This document shows, one piece after another, positions 22,298-34,394 of a stretch of DNA of 64,000 bases. The notes under the pieces are model-generated. The model ran no database searches. It saw only the letters and a program-made list of their open reading frames with translations, and was not told where the DNA came from. How positions within the stretch are numbered: the first letter of the stretch is position 1; each line of letters begins with the position of its first letter. Both the position numbers and the translations under genes were made by a program. This stretch comes from Mustelus asterias (Eukaryota), in contig NC_135810.1 in NCBI RefSeq assembly GCF_964213995.1, forward strand, positions 118,916,001 through 118,980,000. The letters run 5' to 3'.

Positions 22298-22495
22298 ACT
22301 CTCCTATTTCTTGGTCGCAAACCCCCTGGGAGCAAACTCAATCCTGAAGAAGCATCCGGAAGCCAAGGGGAATCTCACCGGAGTTATTTCAGAGGACGTG
22401 CAGTGCCTCTGAGTGCCGACCGGGCCAGAGAGGCGCATAACCAGGAGTACGAAGATATGGCACTCATCAGAACTATCAGTCAGAACCCGAGGTAG
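22298..22495 (+). CDS. CD28/CTLA-4-family receptor, terminal cytoplasmic exon
   Basis: Acceptor aattcattccag| in phase 0. Encodes TLLFLGRKPPGSKLNPEEASGSQGESHRSYFRGRAVPLSADRAREAHNQEYEDMALIRTISQNPR*. TLLFL-GRK completes the TM helix if spliced directly from 13389; YEDM is a YxxM motif. Confidence 0.75.
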   Translation, partial: TLLFLGRKPPGSKLNPEEASGSQGESHRSYFRGRAVPLSADRAREAHNQEYEDMALIRTISQNPR

Positions 22496-25400
22496 CACAG
22501 CAATGTGGGCTGACGCTTCAGGTCTGCATCTGTAGTGAGCTGTGTCATCAGTAATAAGTGTTCATCGATAATTCTTTTGCATATACTTCCAGAAAGCATT
22601 CCCTCTGTAGAATTTCTTCTGAACTGTATAAGTCTTTATTTGGTGCAGATTGTTATAGTGAGGTGTTTCAAATTTGAACAAAATTAGTGAGGGAGCCACA
22701 ATTAACGTGCAAAATTGCATGTGGGAAAAGACTGGCATCGCAATGAACGAGAATTGTATAACGCAGGAGACGATTTGAAACAGAAATCCAATTAAGAACA
22801 AAGAACAATACAGCACAGCAACAGGCCCTTCGGCCCTCCAAGCCCGCGCCGTTCCCTGGTCCAAACTAGACCATTCTTTTGTATCCCTCCATTCCCACTC
22901 CATTCATGTGGCTATCTAGATAAGTCTTAAACATTCCCAGTGTGTCCGCCTCCACCACTTTGCCCGGCAGCGCATTCCAGGCCCCCACCACCCTCTGTGT
23001 AAAATACGTCCTTCTGATATCTGTGTTAAACCTCCCCCCCCCCTTCACCTTGAACCTATGACCCCCTCGTGAACGTCACCACCGACCTGGGGAAAAAGCT
23101 TCCCACCGTTGGGCTCCCCTGCTTTTTCCCAATGACGGAACTATAGCACGGGAGGTGGCCATTCGGCCCATCGTGTCTGTGCCAGCTCTCTGCAAGGGCC
23201 AAGCCCCATTTCCCCACCTTCTCCCCTGAAAATATCTTTTCAGGTAACGATCTAATTCTCCTTTGAAGACCTCAGTTGAACCTGCCTCCACCACTCGCTC
23301 AGGGAAAGCATTCCAGATCCAAATCCCTCGCTGCCTAAAAGGAATTCTCCCCCCTGTCACCTCCAGTTCTTTGGCCAATCGTCTTAAATCTGTGTCCTCT
23401 GGTTACCAACCTTCCTGCCATTGGAAACAGTTCCTGCTTATTCACTCTATTAAAACACTTCCCAATTCAGAATGCCGGCATTATGCCTTCTCAATCTTCC
23501 TCTGCTTGATGTGGAGATGCCGGCGTTGGACTGGGGTAAGCATAGTAAGAAGTCTCACAACACCAGGTTAAAGTCCAACAGGTTTATTTGGAATCACGAA
23601 CTTTCAGAGCAATGCTCCTTCATCAGGTGAGCATTATTACCTGTGAGTGTGATCCATCCACTATTCTATATGATTATGGTTCATCTTATATATTCTGCCT
23701 CCCCATTGTTTGAGCAGTATCTGAGGGTAAAGTTCCAGAAAGGCATGGCGCAGGAGGCAAGTTCCCCACCAGCGAAACAGTTACACTGAAAACTTGTGAG
23801 TTAGGTAAATAACATTCAAAGAGATGGATAACACGGGGGACAAGAAACAGTTCCACAACTTTGGAGAGCTAATGAGACTGGTAGCTGCTTCAAAGAACAC
23901 AGGCGACAAATTTTTCATCCAAAATCCCCATTCGAATAAAACGTTTTAAAATCAATTCAGGCGCCATTGTTTTCCATTGCAAAAGTTTCCTTGGGGGTTT
24001 TTTCACGCATGGAATAAGAACATCGGAACACGAGTAGGCCATTCAATCCCTCAGCAATTAGATTGAGTGTCAGACACGGCTCACCACTCAGCTTCTCAGT
24101 CAGAAGTCTGTGAGTTTATGGTCTCACCCCCGAGACTTCACCACATTATACGCCCTGTCACTCTGGTGCAGCACCATGGGAGTGCTGCACTGTCGGAGGC
24201 ACCGTCTTTGGAATGTTAAACCTGGACCCCATCTGTTTTCTTCAGTGGATATAAAAGATTCCACGTCATTAATTGGAAGAGGAACAGAGAGTCCTCCCTG
24301 GTGTCACGATCAACATCTCTAAAACAGTTTCTAAAATGTTCTGAACACCATGCCGTTTGTGGGATCTTGCTGTGCGCAAATAAGCTCCGGTGTTTATTCT
24401 TTATACTTGAGTGTCGCCGGCTGGCCAGCATTTATGGCCCACCCCTAGTTGCCCTTGAACCGAGCAGCTTGCTAAGCCATTTCAGAGAGTCAACCACATT
24501 GCTGTGGCTCTGGAGTCACGTGTAGGCCAGACCAGGTAAGGATGGCAGATTTCCTTCCCCAAAGGACATTAGTGAACCAGATGGGTTTTTCTGACAATCG
24601 ACAATGGTTCCATGGTCATCAGTAGATTCTTAATTCCAGATATTTTTTATCGAATTCAAATTCCACCATCTGCCGTGGCAGGATTCGAACCCAGGTCCCC
24701 AGAACATTAGCTGAGATTAATATTTAATAATTAAGATTAATGGTCTAGCAATAATACCACTACGCCATCGCCTCCCCTAATGTTTCCCACATTAGAACCG
24801 GGTTTGTATTTTGGACGTACTTTATTGACTTTAAAGATATTTGGGACATGCTGTGATTGTGAAAGTTGCTGTACAAATCTTTCTTTCCATTGGACCCTGG
24901 CTAAGGTGTACTTTAACTCCTAATTTCCTGCCATTGTTCCAGATCATTAACACTCAGTCAAAACGAATAACCTGTTTACCCGGTCCCAAAACCTTTAATT
25001 GCCTCCCAGTGTCAATAACCTTACGGAGGAGAGATTTGTGTATTTGTGTATTTGTCCCAGCCAATTGATTGGCCGAGCTCTAATTTTAAGATCATGTCCC
25101 CTTGTTCCAGGATCACCCACTTTTGAAACAAGGCTGTCCACCTTAATGCAGACTTTTAATTTCGTATTATCGCAAAAGTAACAGGCAAATTTGTACAGGT
25201 TGTCACATTACTGGAGGCTTCTACAATAAAATGCCTCAACAGAGGTAATCTTTTATTCAAAGGTTATCCTTGAGCGCACTCACTAGCTGCTATAATTTGT
25301 CACTGTCAGAAAGAGCTCAGCAGCGAGAGAAATGTTCACCATACAGATCGACTGACTAACAGGGGACGGGTGTCTCCAAAACCGCAAGGCGTACGAGGTT

Positions 25401-25907
25401 TCAGCGAGCTCTCCAGACGCTATTCCCTCTAAGGACGAAGGAAATTCGGCATGTCGGCTGCGACTCTCACCAACTTCTACAGATCCACCATAGAAAGGGC
25501 GGCACGGTGGCACAGTGGTTAGCACTGCTGCTTCACAGCTCCAGGGACCTGGGTTCGATTCCTGGCTTGGGTCACTGTCTGTGCGGAGTTTGCACATTCT
25601 CCTCGTGTCTGCGTGGGTTTCCTCCGGGTGCTCCGGTTTCCTCCCACAGTCCAAAGATGTGCAGGTTAGGTTGATTGGCCAAGCTAAATTGCCCCTTAGT
25701 GTCCTGGGATGTGTAGATTAGAGGGATTAGCAGGTGGATATGGGGATAGGGCCTGGGTGGGATTGTTGTCGGTGCAGACTCGATGGGCCGAATGGCCTCT
25801 TTCTGCACTGTAGGGGTTCTATGGTTCTAAAGCATTCTTTCCGGATGTATCACAGCTTGGTATGGTTCCTGCTCTGCCCAAAACCGCAAGGAACTACAAA
25901 GGGTCGT

Positions 25908-26237
25908 AGGGGTTTTTTTTCCAAGATGGCGTCGGAGCGAGGCGACTTCTTGCAAGCTGTGCCTAGTGCACCTTCTAATTCTATCTTTGACTCCTGTTTT
26001 ATGCTTCTAAAACTTCATTCTAACTCTTTTAAACTCTCTAACAATGCTGCCATCAGATCTTTGAATGGACCTACCTCGCATTAAGTTGATCTTTCTCTAC
26101 TATGACTGTAACACTACGTTCTGCACTTTCTCACTTCCTTCTCTATGAATGGTATGCTCTGTCTGTATAGCGCGCAAGAAGCAATACTTTTCACTTTATG
26201 CTAATACATGTGACAATAATAAATCAAATCAAATCAA
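25908..26237 (+). mobile_element. Short bipartite non-autonomous element with Rex1-type 3' end
   Basis: A CAAGATGGCG-headed segment of about 130 bp is joined to a Rex1 3' UTR and (AAATC)n tail, nested in another Rex1 copy. Similar element at about 48361-48618. Confidence 0.55.
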
Positions 26238-27398
26238 AGAATGTAGCCCAGTCCATCACACAAACCAGCCTCCCATCCATTGACTCTGTCTACACTTTCC
26301 GCTGCCTCGGCAAAGCAGTCAGCATAATCAAGGACCCCACACACCCCGGACATTCTCTCTTCCACCTTCTTCCGTCAGGAAAAAGATACAAAAGTCTGAG
26401 GTCACGTACCAACCAACTCAAGAACAGCTTCTTCCCTGCTGCCGTCAGACTTTTGAATGGACTTACCTCGCACTAAACTGATCTTTCTTTACACCCTAGC
26501 TATGACTGTAACACTACATTCTGCACCCACTCCTTTCCTTCTCTACGAACGATATGCTTTGTCTGTATAGCGCGCAAGAAACAATACTTTTCACTGTATG
26601 TTAATACATGTGACAATAATAACTCAATCAAATCTCTCACTCAGCAGGTCTGTCTCGCTACCTTCTCAGTAAATCACTGAATCCCATCTCTCTCAGAAAC
26701 ACAGGGAATATTACAGCAGCTTTTGTTTATGAACTATCTTTAAGGTAGCAAAAGTTCCCAATGCCCCTCACAGCAGGTGCTATTAAAGAAAGTGAGACAC
26801 AGAAGCACGTTGGGCAATATTAGGGCAGGTGTGACCAAAACACTTGTTTAAAGAGCTCAAGGTTTTGCTGGAGGAGAGGTGTCGGGTCCATTCATTCCTT
26901 AGAATAGGCGTAGGCAGCACCTGGTACGATTTTTAAAAATGATTTTCTTGATTGAATAAAATTTAAAATTAAAACTACAGAAACAAAAAAGAAAGAGAAA
27001 AGCCAGGGCCTGTACTAATCTTGAATACTCACTGAACTCGAAAACAAGACTGAACAGTGGACTCAAAAATACACACTGAAATGCACAATATATATTATCC
27101 GTAATCTGTATTATTGAAATTGCTGGTACAAACTGTGCCCCTAACTTTCATAAACAATTGGCAGCTGTGTGGCCGTGAAAGCTTCTGGTTTGGCTGATGA
27201 GAAAGCCTGGCTTGCAGGATTATTTTCAAAGAACAAAGTCAACTTTCCAAGCTCATCCCAGCATTCCCAGCTGAGTTTTAAAATGTGGCCAAGTTAGGTA
27301 CATAGGCAGAAATATCTTAAAATGAAGCCTTTCAACTGAAGCAAACCATACAAAGGATCCCGCAGAGGTATAGGCTGAAATCTGACCATCATCCACAC

Positions 27399-27509
27399 CG
27401 GCGGGATTTTCCCATCCCGCTGCAGTGAACGAAGGTTTGGCCAGCCGCCAAATTGTCCGATTTCGCTGCAGTGGGAGCGTAGGAATGAACGGCCGGTAAG
27501 ATCACGCCC
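27399..27509. mobile_element. Short MITE-like element
   Basis: Imperfect TIRs GGCGGGATTTT / AAGATCACGCC. A related hairpin element lies at about 29439-29577 and a larger relative at about 39576-40597. Confidence 0.5.
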
Positions 27510-29821
27510 AGAGAAGCAGAGAGCTTTAAGGGGAAAACACCTGAGCTTGGGGCCTCCGCAGCTGAAGATACCGCCAATGGTTGAGCGATTAAAATTGGGG
27601 ATGCACAAGAGGCCTGAATTGGGGGAGCATGGGGGGTTACTGGGCTGGGGGGAGTTAGGGATAGGGAGGTACACTTTCCACACCAATGGTGTCTCACCGT
27701 CGATGGGTCCCCGGCAGTGGAGGTCCGAACCGCGGGAAAGTCCGTTGACAAGGAGGACCAGAGGATGTCATTGCCGGAATACAATGGACTGCCTCCACAA
27801 AACAGGCCATGGGACAGGTGGGGGAGTCCCACCCCATGGCAATCAAGAATAGCTGTTTCCTCTTTCACTGATTTGAATGCCTAAGACCAGTCTCAACAAA
27901 AACACATTCTTCATTTTAAACAGAGAATATCTTAGATTTCATGCTAAACTGGGGAAATACACAGCTTGGCTCCTGAAGCCTTTCACAGAATGTTGGACTG
28001 GGGAGGGCACAGTAAGAAGTCTCACAACACCAGGTTAAGGTCCAACAGGTTTATTTGGAATCACGAGCTTTCAGAGCACTGCTCCTTCATCGGGTGATAT
28101 ATAGCCTGAGGTCACGTACCAACCAACTCAAGAACAGCTTCTTCCCTGCTGCTGTCAGACTTTTGAATGGACCTACCTCACATTAAGTTGATCTTTCTCT
28201 ACACCCGAGCTATGACTGTAACACTACATTCTGCACTCTCTTGTTTCCTTCTCTATGAACGGTATGTTTTATCTGCATGGCGTGCAAGAAACAATACTTT
28301 TCACTGTATGATAATACATGTGACAATAATAAATCAAATCAAAGAGAGAATCTAGCCACCTTTCCTGGGCAGGGTTTTACAGAACACTCCAACATGATAC
28401 TTGGGAGCATGTCCCTGATAAAGCCACTTCCCCTCAGCAATTTGACACTTGGCGGGGTATGATTTGGCTCAGGCCAATACCTCTGTTTCCACTTGGGGAG
28501 GGAGTGCAGCCTCAGGGAGCTGCCGGCCTATCCGATTGGCCAACACTCTATAATCCTAGCAGCACCATGTTCAAGCGATGGCCATCGCTGAGGCTAATGA
28601 ATTGAATTGATTTGGGATACAGTGAAAAGTATTGTTTCTTGCGCACTACACAGACAAAGCTTACTGTTCATAGAGCACAGAGGGGAGAAGGAAAGGAGTG
28701 GGCGCAGAATGTAGTGTTAGTCGTAGCTAGAGTGTAGAGAAAGATCAACTTAATATATGGTAGGTCCATTCAAAAGTCTGATGGCAGCAGGGAAGGAGCT
28801 GTTCATGAGTCGGTTTGTATGTGACCTCAGACTTTTGTCTCTTTTTCCTCGAGGAAGAAGGAAGAGAGAATGTCCGGGGTGCGTGGGGTCCTTGATCATG
28901 CTGGCTGCTTTTCCAAGGCAGCAGGAAATGTAGACAGAGTCAAGGAATGGGAGGTTTGCGTGATGGATTGGGCTACATTCATAACCCTTTGTAATTTCTT
29001 GAGGTCTTGGTCAGAGCAGGAGCCATACCAAGCTGTGATACAACCAGAAAGGATGCTTTCTATGGTGCATCTGTAAAAGTTGGTGAGAGTCTTGCTACAG
29101 CCAGGACCTAAAGAAGAGTAGGTTATGGGTTCCAGGTTTGAGAGGCTGGGGTGGAAAAGGGTTGTAGGGGGTTATGCCTTTCAGGGAGGGGGGGCCTCTA
29201 ATTGGCACAGGGGACTGTCAAGTTAACAAGCTACCACTCAGAATGGGTTTCCCCTTGACCTGGATAAAATAGCAGGGAGGTGGGACGAGGCCCACAAGTG
29301 GCCACCCACCCACTACCCCTAAAATTGGAGACGAGTCAGGGCGGGTGGGAGGACAGATGGTGGGCAGGCCACGTACTCCATTTTACAAGCCCCCGCCCTA
29401 TCAGGGCTGGCGGCAGGAGAGTGTAAAATCCAACCCCTCAGCCAAAATTCTCCAGCCGTTCACGCCGGCGGGATGTGTTGGTCCCACGGCAGTGAATGGA
29501 GATTTGGCTGAGTGCCAAATTCTCCCTCCTTATTCACAGCAGTGGCAGGGCGTGAACAGCCGGAGAATTCCGACCCTCATTTCTAACTAATCTCTGATAG
29601 CTCCATTGGAAATGGGTGAAGATTTGCGTCAGATGTGTGCCCTTTCTTCAAGCTCCTATTTGACGTGAGGCAACTCATCTTTTAGAAACATAGAAGCATA
29701 GGAATAGGAGGCCATTCAGCCCATCACCATCTAATTGCTGATCTGTAACTTAACTCCATTTACCTCCTTTGGTACCTAAACCTTAATACAATTGGTCGCC
29801 TTGCGATAGGAAAGATGTTAT

Positions 29822-30048
29822 TGATGCACCATCAATTTACGAGGACTCCAGCGAGTGACTGAAATACAACAGGCTTTTAATCGCAAAGAACTGGAACACA
29901 CCCTTGTAGTCAGCCCGGCCCAGACTGAGGCAGAGGGGAGGAACCGTTACCTTTATACCTCGATCAGGTGGAAAGGGAGGAGTCTCGGGTCAGGCGCAGC
30001 AGGGGTGTGTCCAGGCGTACAACACGCAGTTACAGTGGGTCACCACAG
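29822..30048 (-). mobile_element. Solo LTR
   Basis: Minus-strand termini TGTGGTG...GCATCA (same ends as the LTR at 3988); 5-bp TSD GTTAT (29817-29821 and 30049-30053); TATAAA on the minus strand. Confidence 0.85.
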
Positions 30049-30281
30049 TTATTAAACTGGAGAAAGTGCAGAAGAGATTTACAAGGATATTGCCAGGACT
30101 CAAGGGACTGAGTTATTGGGAGAGATTGGACAGGCTGGGACTTTTTTCTTTGGAGTATAGGAGACTGAGGGATGATCTTATAGGGTGTATGAGAGGCATG
30201 GATAGGGTGAATGCACTCAGTCTTTTTTTCCCAGGGTTGGGGAATTGAGCATAGGTTTAAGAGAGGAAAGAATGAATGGGA

Positions 30282-30327
30282 GAATTGTATGTGGAGCTGT
30301 GTTAAAGAAATAAAGGTAGTTAAAAAA
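30282..30327 (+). mobile_element. 46-bp polyadenylated retroposon 3' remnant (L1/Tx1-style)
   Basis: AATAAA at 30309 followed by an A-run, flanked by the 15-bp direct repeat AAAGAATGAATGGGA (30267-30281 and 30328-30342). Confidence 0.7.
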
Positions 30328-30444
30328 AAAGAATGAATGGGAACATAAGAACATAAGAACATAAGAAATAGGAGCAGGAGTAGGCCATCTAGCCCCTCGA
30401 GCCTGCCCCGCCATTCAATAAGATCATGGCTGATCTGACGTGGA

Positions 30445-33400
30445 TCAGTACCACTTACCCGCCTGATCCCCATAACCCTTAATTCCCTTACCGATCAGGA
30501 ATCCATCCATCCGCGCTTTAAACATATTCAGCGAGGTAGCCTCCACCACCTCAGTGGGCAGAGAATTCCAGAGATTCACCACCCTCTGGGAGAAGAAGTT
30601 CCTCCTCAACTCTGTCTTAAACCGACCCCCCTTTATTTTGAGGCTGTGTCCTCTAGTTTTAACTTCCTTACTAAGTGGAAAGAATCTCTCCGCCTCCACC
30701 CTATCCAGCCCCCGCATTATCTTATAAGTCTCCATAAGATCCCCCCTCATCCTTCTAAACTCCAACGAGTACAAACCCAATCTCCTCAGCCTCTCCTCAT
30801 AATCCAAACCCCTCATCTCCGGTATCAACCTGGTGAACCTTCTCTGCACTCCCTCCAATGCCAATATATCCTTCCTCATATAAGGGGACCAATACTGCAC
30901 ACAGTATTCCAGCTGCGGCCTCACCAATGCCCTGTACAGGTGCATCAAGACATCCCTGCTTTTATATTCTATCCCCTTCGCAATATAGGCCAACATCCCA
31001 TTTGCCTTCTTGATCACCTGTTGTACCTGCAGACTGGGCTTTTGCGTCTCATGCACAAGGACCCCCAGGTCCCTTTGCACGGTAGCATGTTTTAATTTGT
31101 TTCCATTGAGATAGTAATCCCATTTGTTATTATTTCCTCCAAAGTGTATAACCTCGCATTTATCAACGTTATACTCCATTTGCCATATCCTCGCCCACTC
31201 ACTCAGCCTGTCCAAATCTCTCTGCAGATCTTCTCCGTCCTCCACACGATTCACTTTTCCACTTATCTTTGTGTCATCTGCAAACTTCGTTACCCTACAC
31301 TCCGTCCCCTCCTCCAGATCATCTATATAAATGGTAAATAGTTGCGGCCCGAGTACCGATCCCTGCGGCACGCCACTAGTTACCTTCCTCCAACCGGAAA
31401 AACACCCATTTATTCCGACTCTTTGCTTCCTGTCGGATAGCCAGTCCCCAATCCACTTTAACACACTACCCCCAACTCCGTGTGCCCTAATCTTCTTCAG
31501 CAGCCTTTTATGGGGCACCTTATCAAACGCCTTTTGGAAATCCAAAAACACCGCATCCACCGGTTCTCCTCCATCAACCGCCCTAGTCACATCTTCATAA
31601 AAATCCAACATGTTCGTCAAGCACGACTTTCCCCTCATGAATCCATGCTGCGTCTGATTGATCGAACCATTTCTATCCAGATGCCCTGCTATCTCCTCTT
31701 TAATAATGGATTCCAGCATTTTCCCTACTACAGACGTTAAGCTGACCGGCCTATAGTTACCCGCCTTTTGTCTCCTTCCTTTTTTAAACAGCGGCGTAAC
31801 ATTAGCCGTTTTCCAATCAACCGGCACTACCCCAGAATGCAACGAGTTTTGATAAATAATCACTAACGCATCCACTATTACCTCTGACATTTCTTTCAAT
31901 ACCCTGGGATGCATTCCATCCGGACCCGGGGACTTATCCACCTTCAGTCCCATTAGTCTACCCAGCACTGCCTCTCTGGTAACATTAATTGTATTAAGTA
32001 TTTCTCCTGCTGCCAACCCTCTATCGTTAATATTTGGCAAACTATTTGTGTCCTCCACCGTGAAGACCGACACAAAAAACTTATTTAAAGACTCAGCCAT
32101 ATCCTCATTTCCCACTATTAACTCCCCCCTCTCGTCCTCCAAGGGTCCAACATTCACTCTAGCCACTCTATTCCTTTTTATATATTTATAAAAACTTTTA
32201 CTATCATTTTTTATATTAATTGCTAGCCTAGCTTCATAGTCTATCCTTCCTTTCTTTATCGCTTTCTTAGTCTCTCTTTGTTGTTTCTTAAATTTTTCCC
32301 AATCACTTGTTTCTCCACTATTTTTGGCCACTCTGTACGCAGCTGTTTTTATTTTAATACTCTCCTTTATTTCCTTCGTTATCCACGGCTGGTTCTCCCT
32401 TTTCTTACAATCCTTGTTTTTTGCTGGAATATATTTTTGCTGAGAACTGAAAAGGATCTCCTTAAAAATCCTCCACTGTTCCTCAGCTATCCTACCTGCC
32501 AGCCTGCTCTCCCAGTCTACCTTAGCCAATTCATCCCTCATCCTATCATATTTCCCTCTGTTCAAACAGAGGACACTGGTTTGGGACCAAACTTTCTCCT
32601 CTTCCATCTGAATCAGAAATTCGACCATATTGTGGTCACTAGACCCAAGAGGGTCCTTCACAATAAGATCCTTAATTCTACCTACCTCGTTACACAATAC
32701 CAGATCCAAAATAGCTCGTTCCCTCGTCGGTTCCGTAACATGCTGTTCAAGGAAACTATCCCGACAGCATTCTAAGAACTCTTCCTCCATTCCACCCTTA
32801 CCGACTTGAGTCTGCCAGTCAATGTGCATGTTGAAGTCCCCCATGATTATTGCCGTTCCGTTTTTACACGCATCCCTTATCTGCTTGTTTATAGCCCTCC
32901 CTACCTCAACATTATTATTTGGGGGCCTATATACCACACCTACTAGTGTCTTTCTCCCTCTACTATTCCTCATCTCTACCCATAATGATTCCACGTTTTG
33001 TTCCTCAGAGCCTATGTCATCCCTCAGTACTACCCTGATATTATCTCTTATTAATAGCGCGACCCCACCACCTTTTCCTTCCTGTCTATTCTTCCTAAAC
33101 GCCTGATACCCCTGGATATTCATCTCCCAGTCCTGGTCACCTTTCAGCCACGTTTCTGTAATGGCCACTAGATCGTACCCACTCGTGCTGATTTGCACCA
33201 TCAACTCATTTACCTTGTTCCGAATGCTTCGTGCATTCAGGCAAAGTGTCCTTATTCCAGCTTTTATCTGGACCCGCTTTGATGAGTCGCGAACACCCTC
33301 TCCCTCTACTCCCTTATCTAAATTACCGCCTTCATTCACTTGCACCCTCTCCTCTACCATTAATTTTGTAATTCCCCTTACCCCTGCATCCTCCACCCCA

Positions 33401-33450
33401 TCAATTAGTTCCTTGATCCTAGTCAACTCTTCTAGCTCCCCTCCCCCCAA
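30445..33450 (-). CDS. CR1 ORF2: APE endonuclease plus reverse transcriptase
   Basis: LNARSI, ITETW, GGGVAL, YRPP, GDFN, LDL and SDH endonuclease motifs; NYRPVSL, DFQKAFD, PQGSVLGP and FADD RT motifs; about 1000 codons open. Confidence 0.95.
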   Translation of the reverse strand: MGGGELEELTRIKELIDGVEDAGVRGITKLMVEERVQVNEGGNLDKGVEGEGVRDSSKRVQIKAGIRTLCLNARSIRNKVNELMVQISTSGYDLVAITETWLKGDQDWEMNIQGYQAFRKNRQEGKGGGVALLIRDNIRVVLRDDIGSEEQNVESLWVEMRNSRGRKTLVGVVYRPPNNNVEVGRAINKQIRDACKNGTAIIMGDFNMHIDWQTQVGKGGMEEEFLECCRDSFLEQHVTEPTRERAILDLVLCNEVGRIKDLIVKDPLGSSDHNMVEFLIQMEEEKVWSQTSVLCLNRGKYDRMRDELAKVDWESRLAGRIAEEQWRIFKEILFSSQQKYIPAKNKDCKKRENQPWITKEIKESIKIKTAAYRVAKNSGETSDWEKFKKQQRETKKAIKKGRIDYEARLAINIKNDSKSFYKYIKRNRVARVNVGPLEDERGELIVGNEDMAESLNKFFVSVFTVEDTNSLPNINDRGLAAGEILNTINVTREAVLGRLMGLKVDKSPGPDGMHPRVLKEMSEVIVDALVIIYQNSLHSGVVPVDWKTANVTPLFKKGRRQKAGNYRPVSLTSVVGKMLESIIKEEIAGHLDRNGSINQTQHGFMRGKSCLTNMLDFYEDVTRAVDGGEPVDAVFLDFQKAFDKVPHKRLLKKIRAHGVGGSVLKWIGDWLSDRKQRVGINGCFSGWRKVTSGVPQGSVLGPQLFTIYIDDLEEGTECRVTKFADDTKISGKVNRVEDGEDLQRDLDRLSEWARIWQMEYNVDKCEVIHFGGNNNKWDYYLNGNKLKHATVQRDLGVLVHETQKPSLQVQQVIKKANGMLAYIAKGIEYKSRDVLMHLYRALVRPQLEYCVQYWSPYMRKDILALEGVQRRFTRLIPEMRGLDYEERLRRLGLYSLEFRRMRGDLMETYKIMRGLDRVEAERFFPLSKEVKTRGHSLKIKGGRFKTELRRNFFSQRVVNLWNSLPTEVVEATSLNMFKARMDGFLIGKGIKGYGDQAGKWY

Positions 33451-33455
33451 CCTAT

Positions 33456-34394
33456 CTAGTTTAAATTCTCCCCAGTAACCTTAGCCAACCTACCGGCCAG
33501 GATATTGGTCCCCGTGTGATTCAAGTTCCACCCGTTTTTTGTATACAGATCACCCCTGCCCCTAAAGAGGTCCCAATGGTCCAGGAACCTGAATCCCTGC
33601 CCCCTGCACCAGTCCCTCAGCCACACATTCATCTTCCACCTCACTCCATTCCTGCCCTCACCTTCCCGTGGCACAGGCAGGAATCCTGAGATTACTACCT
33701 TTGCTTTCCTCTTTCTCAGCTGTCTCCCTAATTCCCTGTACTCCCTTTTCATGACCCCTTCTCCCTTCCTACCCACATCAGCGGTACCAATATGTACCGC
33801 TACCTCAGGCTCCTCTCCCTCCCACCTCAGGATTTCCGGGACGCGACTAGCGACATCCTGGATCCCGGCCCCAGGGAGGCAGACCACCATGCGAGAATCC
33901 CGCCTACCTCCGCAGAAACGCCTGTCTGTCCCCTTCACCATCGAGTCCCCGATTAATACCGCCTTCCTCCTCTTTTCCTTAGCCCTCTGAGTTACAGGGC
34001 TGGACTCCACTGCGGAGACACGGCCACTGCTGCTTCCCCCAGGCGGGCTGTCCCCCCCAGCAGTACTCAAGCAGGAGTACTTGTTGTGCAGGGGCAAATC
34101 CACTGGGGTGCTCTCAACCACCCTAGCCTTACCCTTCCTGGCCATCACCCACTTGGCCTCCTCCCGTTGCCCTGGTGTGACCACCTGATGATAGCTCTTG
34201 TCTATCACCTCCTCATTCTCCCTCATCAGCCTAAGATCCTCGAGCTGCAGTTCCAGCTCCCTAACACGGTCCCTCAGGAACCGCAGCTCGACACACCCCT
34301 CACAGATGTGGATGTCCGGGAGGCCAGATGCCTCCAGGACCTCCCACATCCTACACTGGGAACAACACACTGGTTTCACACTCATACTGGACAC
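33456..34394 (-). CDS. CR1 ORF1: zinc-finger/coiled coil plus SGNH esterase-like domain
   Basis: CxxC...CxxC followed by a leucine-rich heptad; LIGDSMV, CLPGA and HIGT blocks typical of CR1 ORF1 esterase domains. Confidence 0.9.
   Translation of the reverse strand: MSSMSVKPVCCSQCRMWEVLEASGLPDIHICEGCVELRFLRDRVRELELQLEDLRLMRENEEVIDKSYHQVVTPGQREEAKWVMARKGKARVVESTPVDLPLHNKYSCLSTAGGDSPPGGSSSGRVSAVESSPVTQRAKEKRRKAVLIGDSMVKGTDRRFCGGRRDSRMVVCLPGAGIQDVASRVPEILRWEGEEPEVAVHIGTADVGRKGEGVMKREYRELGRQLRKRKAKVVISGFLPVPREGEGRNGVRWKMNVWLRDWCRGQGFRFLDHWDLFRGRGDLYTKNGWNLNHTGTNILAGRLAKVTGENLN

Noticed and set aside
22147-22412. Listed ORFs 22147-22347 and 22197-22412 as the cytoplasmic tail
   Set aside because: The third frame, absent from the ORF track, matches the TM exon phase and carries the stop-transfer residues and YxxM.
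30646-33990. Plus-strand ORFs inside the CR1 as antisense genes
   Set aside because: They are shadow frames of the intact minus-strand ORFs with no independent signals.
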